Shown here: positions 12,701 to 21,802 of the stretch, one piece after another
How the letters are laid out: every line of letters starts with the position of its first letter
Position numbering within the stretch: position 1 is the stretch's first letter
NCBI GenBank assembly: GCA_950097015.1
Contig: CATNEN010000002.1
Location: forward strand, 3,844,001-3,908,000
DNA: 64,000 nucleotides
Origin: Macrostomum hystrix
Lineage: Eukaryota; Animalia; Platyhelminthes
Direction: 5' to 3'
Notes under the pieces: generated by a model
What the model was told of the DNA's origin: nothing
What the model saw: only the letters and a program-made list of their open reading frames with translations
Database searches by the model: none
Made by a program: the position numbers and the translations under genes

Positions 12701-13902
12701 CAGCAGCTTCTATGGTATTTTTCTTTGGAGGTTTTTACCTTAAAAGTATAAATGCATAAATATTAGGGCACATGCATGCAAAATAGACACTCATAACAAA
12801 CAAAAGTTAAATATAATACCAATTTCAAGCTCCACATGAGGTTCTTCATATTGCAGTGTATACCAAACTATAACAATTTGCCTTTCTAATGCTTTTTAAA
12901 ACTAAGGGGTTTAGGCTATTGAAAATTTAAAGGGGTGTGAGAATTTTAGTCTTTATAATTTTTTAGTAAACAGAATTATCACAAAAAAGCGTGTGCGATA
13001 TAAAGAATATAAAAATGTAAATTACTTTCGCAATTAAAAAATGAAACGGTAGGACTAGGCGATACCGACTTACTAGGCTAGGCCTAGGTGGTAGTAAATA
13101 CTAGGGCCTACCTAATAATACTTAATAGGTGTGCATAGTTCACATGGAAAGCTGTTTTCTCAGCATATTTACATGCAACAATAGTTGTCACCGAACTGAC
13201 CAATTCTGTCACCGAAATGACTTGAGTTGTCACCGAAATGACCTGGGACCCTTATAACATATGAATAGGCCAACTATATTTTTTTATTTTAGGCCTATTG
13301 CCAATAATCAGTCTGCTCAACTATGTGGCATAATCACTGCTGAATGTTACCATATATAGTATTAATATAATAGTATTGGTACAATAACTTTCTGAAAATA
13401 TGAATTTCTGTTTCATCTATAGGGCCTATACATAAATAAAACGCCTTGAATATAAGCCCTGTCCCTGTGCTGTGGCTGTCACTCTAGAGTCATTTTTGCT
13501 TCTGGCTCTGCTCAGGTAAAGAAGGATGGTGCCTGTTGTGCCAAGATTAAATTTGAGGCACTAAATTTATCGCAAGAGAGTTCGTTAATATTTTATAAGC
13601 AAAAAGTACGCATTTCAAATTTTTTACAGTTAGCAAAATTTTCCATAAATTGAACTTCTCATCATTTTGAATAACCGCCAAAAGAAGAGTTTCGCTAGTG
13701 CGTGTGCAAGTAAAAAACACGACTTTAAAAATATATTTATAAAATAGAAGATGCAACGTTCTAAAAGCTTATTTATAAACCTTTCAAGTCATATCCTTTT
13801 TACGAAGTATCTTTTCTTGGCTGTTAGAGGCCATTAGGGGCCAGACCATTAGAAAATTAAATCTAACTTTTTTATTAGCAATTCTTACTAGCTTAACTTA
13901 CT
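3780..13902 (-). CDS. CLPX: Mitochondrial ATP-dependent Clp protease ATPase subunit ClpX, multi-exon
   Basis: Exons (minus): 8831-9202, 7944-8065, 6850-7090, 5500-6075, 4365-4729 and 3780-4031, all with GT/AG boundaries in frame. A putative first coding base is at 13902 (see findings). Motifs: CPNC...CSNC zinc motif, PYPKK|[27 protein letters not shown] (Walker A), [21 protein letters not shown] (Walker B), [18 protein letters not shown] and [11 protein letters not shown]. About 642 aa. The 5-prime end is less certain than the core; an unspliced start at 9344 is also in frame. Confidence 0.95.
4045..4205. repeat. 39-bp GGGAT-rich tandem repeat (about 4 copies) in the last ClpX intron
   Basis: GGGATAATGAGGATTGGGAATAAATTGTTGGAATCCGAT is repeated directly. 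Confidence 0.9.
4936..5161 (+). mobile_element. Degenerate copy of SINE family A (middle deleted or diverged)
   Basis: Shares CCCCAGTCCAAGGACTGAACAG...TTCAGATGCGCC...GGCAGGTGTAAT and an ATT-rich tail with the copies at 33112 and 42634. Confidence 0.75.
5179..5485 (+). mobile_element. tRNA-derived SINE family B, near full length
   Basis: A-box/B-box-like head (GAGCTCGATTCC), body GAGGCCACATTCA...GGCACAGTGAGAGTGTACACTGCCTGAC, and 3-prime end TGCCAGCAGCCCTCCTGCAATTATT. It is homologous to the copies at 30.7, 32.1, 33.4, 38.0 and 56.4 kb. Confidence 0.85.
7270..7800. repeat. About 45-bp GGGAT-rich minisatellite in a ClpX intron
   Basis: GGGATTATGGGGATAAAGGATTCGGGAATCTTGGAAGGAGGATTT is repeated about 11 times with variants. 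Confidence 0.92.
8415..8805. repeat. 29-bp GGGAT-rich minisatellite in a ClpX intron
   Basis: GGGATCGGAATGCTAGGGATCTAGGATTT is repeated about 13 times. Confidence 0.93.
11592..13251. mobile_element. Unclassified non-autonomous TIR DNA transposon, 1660 bp
   Basis: Inverted termini of about 120-150 bp (left CAGTCCCAGGTCATTTTGGTGACAA, right TTGTCACCGAAATGACCTGGGACCC) with internal GTCATTTCGGTGACA subrepeats. TTATAA flanks both sides (11586-11591 and 13252-13257). Confidence 0.85.
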
Positions 13903-16339
13903 TGCAGCTGGCGGATCGAACGCCGCGAATTGGCCTCGAGGGCCCAATCGCAACTCGAAGGGAAAATGAGATGAGGCTCTGCCTGAGGGTTGTCCACCTC
14001 ACGCCAGCAGCACCCATCAGGTTCGTTGGGTCGGCGTTGGCGATTTTCAATATCCGACCGGTCCGAGTTGTACAATTAAAATGAATTAATGCAATTCGCA
14101 ATAATAACAATCCATCTGCTTCTTGGTCATCTAATCGTGGTTCAGTTTTCTGTATCAAAAACTCGTTGTATCTAAAAAGCTCACAACGATGTATCTCGAT
14201 TTGGACTTTATAGAGTTTTATAAGTTATAGTTTCATCAATGATCAAACACAGACGACATAAACTACTGAGCATTTAGAGATTTCATGGAATAAACTTCTG
14301 GAGGCCTTGCCTATGTGCGCACCCAGGCCTTAAGACACGCCTTCTGACGCCTAACTCTAACTCTGGCGTTTACTGTTCTTATATTGTTGCTGTTGTTTAT
14401 GTTATTCATGAAAATAGACGAATCCCGCTGGAAAATTTTCTAGGGGCCCGCTAGGGGCACCTTCAAGCGCACCCCTAGGGGCAACGCTAGGGGCTGCACC
14501 GCCGGCAAATGAGGGGCTCCAGAGGGGCATGCCACCATCCAGCCCCTGTGATGCCCCTAGTGAGGAAAATGAATAATTCTCGTTCTCGTTCTGCAAAATA
14601 TTGTTCTTCATGTTTCGCTTTTCTTTAATTAGATATATTTTCTTTTCTAAGATGGTATTATCGTCAATTGTATTATCGTATTATCATATCGTATTATCTT
14701 TATCACTAAACGCAAATCGCGTAAATTATGCCACACAAATCAGCATCTTAGATAATAGATATGATAGTAAAATATTGGCAGAAACAGAACGACAGAAAAA
14801 ACAGGTTTAGAGCGATCTGCGGAGAGATCTGCAGAGAGTGAGAGTGATAGAGAGAGTGCCAAACCGTGCGAGTAAGAATGGGTGACAGGACTGCAGAAGT
14901 GAGCGGCCGACGAACTGCATAAGTGCACACTGATAACTTTTTAATGTAAATTTTACAAAAATGTTGTAAAAATGTTGTACAGATCAAGACTAGTAGATGT
15001 TACTACGAAAAGTCTGCGGTTTAATGCTTATTTTAAGAAATTATTTTGGTAACTAATAACATGGCTTTGCCAAATAATCACATCGTTTATCCCAATTCAA
15101 CCTTTATTTTCCTAATTCATGAAAATTCAAATCCCAATTTATCCCACTTCATCCCAATTATTTAAAATTCACCACAATTCATCAAAATTTACCCGAATTC
15201 ATCCCAAATCTTCCCAATTCATCGCAAATCTTCCCAATTATTTCCAATTCTTCCCAGATTTACTCCCCATTGGCTGTAAAAAGAAATGAAAGTAATTTTT
15301 ACTCCCGTAAATTAGTAAATAATACTCTACAAAATATTTGACTGCGAATTTCAGTAGTAAAATTCACAATAAAAAGTTATCATTGTGTGGACTTCGGCTT
15401 GAGGGAGTGAGTGGTGTACAGCTGCGTTGGAAATCAAGTAGCGCCACTTCAATGCGAGGGAAGGGCATGGACCTGGCAATAATATCGTTGCAAACCGCAT
15501 AAGATAAAAAAAAGTGAGAAAAATCGTGACAAATAAAATTGTCATTGAAAATGCAACAGGGCTGCACGTGAATCAGTGAAGGACTGTCACATGAGGGAAC
15601 GCTTCTGACTGCTGCGGCAGTGCACGACTGCCAGTCATAGCCATAGCACATAGCCAGTTTTATGAAGTATAGTTAAGTCATTGACAAAGGAAATTAATAA
15701 TTACTTCAAAGGGTCAATTTAAGGTGTTATAGAAGCAAGTTTTTAATATCTATATATATAAAAGTGAAAACTCTGTCTGTCTGTGTGTGTGTGTGTGCAA
15801 CCTTTTGTCTTTATAGACGCCGAAACCGCTCAACCAAATCGCACCAAACTTTGCACATACCTAAAACCACCTACGCTGAGTGCAATAGGCTACTCAAATT
15901 CCCGAAAAATCATTTCATTCCTGCTCAAAAGTGCAAAAAACTGCTCAAAAATCGTCAAAAAATCACTCAATTCGACATATCGTCGCCCCACTTTGTCAGA
16001 TTTTCTCCAAATTTGATCCACTTACACTTTACATGTTTTCCAACAATGCTGTCAATGTTGAACATCTCTACTCAATCCAGAGCAAAGCTGCATCATCTCA
16101 AAGTGAGTCACTTTTTGTTTTCCGAGGACAGCCACCCCAACTCCCCTCCGCCACTCTGCGGGCCAAATTTTATTACAGCCACCCCCTCCCTTCCCCGGGC
16201 GCCGAAGCCCCAGACTGTACATTGTATTTCAAGCCGTGAATGTACACAGCCCAAACCCCTAGACTGTCTACTGGCCCCCAAGCAGCACTGAGACTGAGTG
16301 CGGTGAGTGCGGTGGCGTCCCAGTGCGCAGGGCTCTCCG

Positions 16340-17002
16340 GTCGATATTTCTCTCCAGCCAGCCTATTTCTCTCGATATGCTGACGTTGACCGGCTGTCAG
16401 AGAGGGCAATTCTGTGTCCTAGAAATGATGCCGCCAACGAAATTAACTACCAACTGCTTCAGGAGTTGCCAGGTGCAGTTTTCACCTACAAGTCAATTGA
16501 TACAACGTTGACTGATGACACCGCTGTGGAGTATCCTGTTGAGTTTCTGAACTCTCTAGATCCTCCTGGAACTCCATCGCACAACTTGCAGCTGAAAGTT
16601 GGGGCACCAATTATGCTCCTCCGCAACCTGAATGCGCCAAGGCTGTGTAACGGCACCAGACTGATAGTCAGGCGGCTCTTCCCACACGTGATTGAGGCCA
16701 CGATAATGACTGGATCTGGCAGAGGAGAGTCTGTGTTCGTTCCCCGGATTCCAATTATCCCCACGGACCTGCCATTTCAGTTCAAGCGACTGCAGTTCCC
16801 TGTGAGAGTGTGCTTTGCGATGACTATTAACAAGGCTCAGGGACAGTCGCTGAAGGTGGCTGGCATCAACCTGGAGACTCCTTGCTTCTCGCATGGGCAG
16901 CTTTATGTCGCCTGCTCCCGTGTTGGAACTCCAGCTGGCCTATTCATTTTCGCACCAAGGGGAAGAACGAAGAATATGGTGTATCCCCAGGCCTTGAGGT
17001 GA
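16340..17002 (+). pseudogene. Helitron PIF1-like helicase C-terminal fragment
   Basis: RAILCPRN, IMLLRNLNAPRLCNGTRL, RLQFPVRVCFAMTINKAQGQSL and FSHGQLYVACSRV are typical Helitron SF1B helicase motifs. The N-terminal part is missing. Confidence 0.92.
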
Positions 17003-17154
17003 CTCGCAAGCAATTAATAGAAAAGTAGTCACGAATTGACCTTGACCTGTCTAACTCTGAACTCTGAAACAGTTTAATTTTGTTTCTTTGACATTGTTAT
17101 TGTTATGCCATGGCTATTTTCCTTATGTATACGCGTGTACATGCATACTGTATA

Positions 17155-17427
17155 CAGAGGCAGATTTAGGGGGGGGCGGGGGGGCAGTCGCCCCCATAAA
17201 TTTTAATCATGGGAATAAGATGCCCCCACCAGGGGCGCCAGTCGCAGCACTGGCGCCCCTTTTCGGCCGCTGGCGCCCCTTTTTCAGCCGCTGGCTCCCG
17301 TTTTTCAGCCGCTGGCGCCCTTTCTTGGCTCCTGGCGCCCTTTTTCGGCCGCTGGCACCCACTCTGTGATTCTCATGGCGCTCCCCTGACAGACCGCCCC
17401 AAAACAAAATTCCTGGATCTGCCACTG
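17155..17427. mobile_element. hAT-type MITE (273 bp) nested in the Helitron
   Basis: Termini CAGAGGCAGAT...ATCTGCCACTG with a perfect 8-bp TSD ACTGTATA (17147-17154 and 17428-17435). Confidence 0.88.
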
Positions 17428-17805
17428 ACTGTATAGAGGAGTGGCTAAGAGACATGCTTCTAAAGAAGCAATCAAGAGGGGGCTGTTTGGACAATCTTTT
17501 CACTTATTTTTTACTTAAAACGCCCTTAAACAAACTCTTCACTTTTCATTAATGCAGTAAATGAATATATGGTGACCTTCACTATAAAGTTAATACAGAG
17601 ACGTGAATTGCTTACTGCTTTGCTTTAAATTTCTGCCCCAGAAACAACGGGCAAAAAAAGCTAGTTAATAAAATAAAAGAAAGAACCCTACAACAACTTA
17701 GTAGTGGTGGGATATTGGCAAGTAAGAAAGAGCCCTACAACATATGTGACTGACTGACAGCTACGTAAACGCTTCTTCAGTCTTCTTCCTCGTCGTCGCT
17801 GGAGA

Positions 17806-18912
17806 TCACGATTCTCTTCTTTTTTTGGTCGTCAGATGCTTCTTAGAAGTGGCACCAGAAGCGACCTCTGTCCCCGATGACTGCCTTCTACGCGCTCTTC
17901 TCGGGGTCTGCTGTGTGCCGTCCATGGTCGCAGATGGCTGTACAGTCGAAGCCGACGCTCGTCGGGCTTGCCGGCCGCCATTCCTGTCACGCGCATTTTT
18001 CAGTGTTGCTGCGATTGCATTATTGATGTCGTAGGCTGTCGCAAACGGCTTAACGCGTCTCAAAGCGTCCTTAACCACGCTTTCTACAGGTCCCATGAAG
18101 CGTCGCTTGTTGTCTGACCCCGTGCGATTGAATTTCGACTGCATGGCGTTGGACAGTAGCGCAGTGATGACGTTGCGCACAACATCACTGACTGTTTTGC
18201 CTCCAATCAGTGACAGACGGCGTATTAGATCCGCACGGTAGTCTTGCGACTCAAGACTGCCAATCAGTAACTCAACCTCCTCTTCAGTGGATGCCATGGA
18301 GGCCTCCTCCATTCGGGAGTCGCCGCAATTGTAGGAAGCCGCACCAGCTTGCTTTAGTAATGCCAGACCATCGCTCCACCGTTTCGACTCCGTCTTGAGA
18401 GTGATGGCGAGTCCATGCACTTGCTTAAACAAGCTTGCAACCAAATAATAGCATGCCTCGGTTGAGCCTGGCTGCAGTCCTTGTCTTACAACCAATTGGT
18501 CAACAGAAGCAACTGATGGTGTCCCGACGGTAATGGGGGTGCCCCCCAGATTCGCAGGCACAGGTTCTGGCTCCTTACTTAAGCGGCAATCTGTAGCGAA
18601 GAGGTTACGCGAAAGAGTAGAACTGCAGTCAGCATCAGAATAGTTGGTATCAAAGTCATTGTCTTCATCACAAGAATAATATTCATCATCAGATTCTTCA
18701 GAAATGAAACCATGATTATCCATGTCATTTTCAGCTGAAGACTCAAAGTTATAACTTAAATTGGTATTTTCATCAGCTGGATTAATATTAAGCTCAGCTT
18801 GGTCAGAAAAAATTGCTTGATCAATGGCAATTGGTACTTCAGTTGATTCACCAGAATTGAGTAGGCCTATACTGTCATTCACTGCACGGTTTTTAGTCCA
18901 ACGTGAAGTCAT
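17806..18912 (-). CDS. 368-aa ORF with a C-terminal DUF4806/BEN-like domain, probably a transposon accessory gene
   Basis: LIRRLSLIGGKTVSDVVRNVITALLSN...FNRTG...KRRF...TLKNARDRNGGR resembles the DUF4806 pattern. The N-terminus is acidic and the C-terminus is basic and NLS-like. The ATG follows a TTTTGTAG acceptor. The domain call is from memory of the motif, not a search. Confidence 0.65.
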   Translation of the reverse strand: MTSRWTKNRAVNDSIGLLNSGESTEVPIAIDQAIFSDQAELNINPADENTNLSYNFESSAENDMDNHGFISEESDDEYYSCDEDNDFDTNYSDADCSSTLSRNLFATDCRLSKEPEPVPANLGGTPITVGTPSVASVDQLVVRQGLQPGSTEACYYLVASLFKQVHGLAITLKTESKRWSDGLALLKQAGAASYNCGDSRMEEASMASTEEEVELLIGSLESQDYRADLIRRLSLIGGKTVSDVVRNVITALLSNAMQSKFNRTGSDNKRRFMGPVESVVKDALRRVKPFATAYDINNAIAATLKNARDRNGGRQARRASASTVQPSATMDGTQQTPRRARRRQSSGTEVASGATSKKHLTTKKRRES

Positions 18913-20614
18913 CTACAAAACATTTTTTTGCTATGTAAACCACTAACATTTAAAAAGGGCATTGCCTTTGTAACCATAAATTATAAATAAAGAATAGAAA
19001 TAACTGAAGCTTTGCATTTTGCATTTTGTTAATAACAAAATAATAATTATTGTTCTACCAAAATTACTGATAACTTCTATATATATAAAGAATAGAAGTA
19101 AAGAATAGAGATTCTAATAAAGAATAAAATAAAAATGTATAATAAAAAGAAGAATAATAATAATAGCACCTGGATATGCATGTGACCCGGCCGCCATCAG
19201 CCGATGCTAGGCCTAAGCGACATTTAAGAAAAATAGAATAAAAAAATAAAGAATAAAGAATAGATAAAGAATAGAGAATAAAGAATAGAAATAACTTAAG
19301 CTTTGCATTTTGTTAATAACAAAATAATAATAATTGTTCTACCAAAATTACTGATAACTTCTAAATATATAAATATTCACAAAACTGTCTGTGTGTATCT
19401 GCCTATGTATGTCTGTGTAGCCAATTTGTGCTTGCAATGGACTCAAAAACTACAACACCAAATAATACCAATCTAAAAATCAAGTGTGTAGAGTGTCATA
19501 GGCTACTTTTTACTTCCCAAACTCAAATCTTTCTCCTTCAAAATATATATTAAACTTAAGAGTCCTTCAAAAGTAGGAAAAAGAATATTCAGTTATCTTT
19601 AAATTATTCATTTGAAGATTATTTGTTGCTCACATACTCTAGATTCTTAAGAAAAAACATGACTTTATTTTAATAAATTTTAAGGTCTCAAAATGTAGTT
19701 CTATTTTTGCCATGGGCGATTGGAGAAATATGAACTCATTCAAACGTTGCAAACATTGTCCTATGGGCATCTCATGGCCAAGGCAAGAGCAAGCTTCCCC
19801 ATAAAGCTAAATATTATGCTACTATGAAAATAAGTACACAATAAATAACCAGCATGGATTAGGTAATCTAACCAACTATACACAGGCTTTATTGTTTGCA
19901 TATAGGCGTTCTGCAAAATGTTTTGTGTGCATTCAGAATTACACATTGTGCACGAAATTGACTGTGATCAAATATAGGTGCCTAGAAAGATGCGTTCGAG
20001 GTAAGGATATTTAATCACTACACGTATTCATTGGATTCCGAATTACAACATTAAATGGCAATAGACATTATCATATATAAGCATGTCCAGAAAAGCGCCG
20101 ACCCAATGTGCGGACACGTGCAGCTGGATATGCATGTGACCCGGCCGCCATCAGCCGATGCTAAGCGACATTTAAATGACCAACAATTATAACAAAAGCA
20201 GTGTGTAATATATTTTTTAGTTATTCGTACACTGTATACATTGCTTTATGTGCTTTTACTTTTAGTTTATGAAGCCCATACGCAACTAATTGAATCCAAA
20301 CATTGAATGGCATATGCGAACTGGATTCTTCTCACCACCGCTACAGTATTATTGTCAGTACTAGGGGCAAGCCCCTTGGATGCCCCCAGAAACTGGAGTG
20401 CAGCATTTTTCATAAAATTGCATATTCAGACAAGATTTTTATTACAGTATGTTTTTATTGTTACGAAGACAGTTGTCCCTAAAAATTATATGACATTTCA
20501 TTCTGCCCCTTGGCCCCTTTAAAGCCGCTAGTGGCCCCCTAGGTCTTTTCCCAGTGGGATCCTGCATAATGCAAAGGTGCAAGCCGCGGCATTCTATACG
20601 TAGTGTACTGCTAA

Positions 20615-20710
20615 GGGGCACCAGTCGGCGGCACCCGAGAAGAGGCACCAGTCGGCGGCACCCGAGAAGAGGCACCAGTCGGCGGCACCCGAGAAGATCG
20701 GGCACCCGAC
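20615..20710. repeat. 27-bp GC-rich tandem repeat, about 3.5 copies
   Basis: GGCACCAGTCGGCGGCACCCGAGAAGA is repeated. Confidence 0.85.
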
Positions 20711-21338
20711 GGCCCATCGCCTGACTGTGGCGGTGGTGAGAAGATCAGCTTCGTCATCATCACTACTATCTCGTGTTGTCTTCAGTAGTACTGAATGAAC
20801 TCCTGAAGTCGTTCGATTCTTAATTTTCTACTCGTATCTTAAAGTAGCTTTCTCATTATATGCGTGCAGCGCGGGCAAGTTAATCGCGGGCACTTAAAAT
20901 CTGACATTGAAAGCTTAAATCACATCAATCAATGAGATTTTTTACATACTTTAACATTTAATCAATAAATATATTATCAGTTAAGTCTGAGAAATGCAAA
21001 CTAAAGCCTTATTGGGAAACAATTTTTGAGGTAATTCTAAAATGGATAAATTTTATTAAAGACTAAAGCGTTTTTTATGGTTTCTATGCAGTATTTCTGC
21101 TCAAATAACTTCTCGGTGATATCATTGGCCTGACATCAGATTCGAACCCGCGACCACCAGTACAAAACCATGGAGCTCTGAATCTAGAAACTTGAGAGAG
21201 AACTCCCCGCCAAACCCCCATTTTCCGGACCAGTATTTCCGGCCAAGACTTTTAAAACGTTAATTGTTTCAATAAAAAGCTGAATAAATGTTTGATATTT
21301 TAGCTTAAGCATGTGCGTCTAGATAACAATTTATCGAG

Positions 21339-21600
21339 TGAGCTGTGCTTAAATAAAGTAAGGAAGACACAAATTTGTGATATTTAGGACGAAAATCCGC
21401 AGAGTTGTACTGCAATTATTTTTCGCCATTTTAAACAATTTCTTTGTTTATTCGATAAGCATTGATGTTTTCTACAAGTTAAGCTACATTAAGCTAAAAT
21501 CTGGCAATTAAAAAAATTCCTGTTTTATAACTGTCAAAGGTCGCGCGCACAGCTACGTGATAACTTTTGCCTTCCTTAAATTTTACTTAAGCACAGCTCA
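21339..21600. mobile_element. Small MITE-like foldback element
   Basis: Inverted ends TGAGCTGTGCTTAA...TTAAGCACAGCTCA with further imperfect inverted matches inside. No TSD could be identified. Confidence 0.55.
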
Positions 21601-21802
21601 GCAGCAAAAAACAGGTGGACGCGAAATGTTCAACTAAAGTGCTGCAAGAATTTATCTCCGAGTGTTTTTCTCCAAGTGGTGCCTTAATTAGAATTTCCTA
21701 TCTGCCCAGTGTATTTTCAGTCAGCCCAAAGTGGTCCGGAAAATGGGGGGTTTTGGCGTGGAGTCTCTCTCCAGTTTCTAGATTCAGAGCTCTATGGTAA
21801 AA

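Larger units (their letters stand above)
15749..17664 (+). mobile_element. Internally deleted Helitron
   Basis: Starts A|TCTATATATATAAAAG followed by CTGT/GT microsatellite. Ends with a TGCCC...GGGCA hairpin (17634-17653) and CTAG|T. It sits at an A^T site and contains a helicase C-terminus but no Rep/HUH domain. Confidence 0.9.

Noticed and set aside
14400-14570. TAGGGGC-rich patch, similar to 20355-20540
   Set aside because: Looks like MITE remnants, but paired termini and TSDs could not be defined.
17700-20767. AGTAGTG...CACTACT as possible TIRs around the DUF4806-like ORF
   Set aside because: Only about 10 bp of match with a mismatch and no TSD; consistent with chance.
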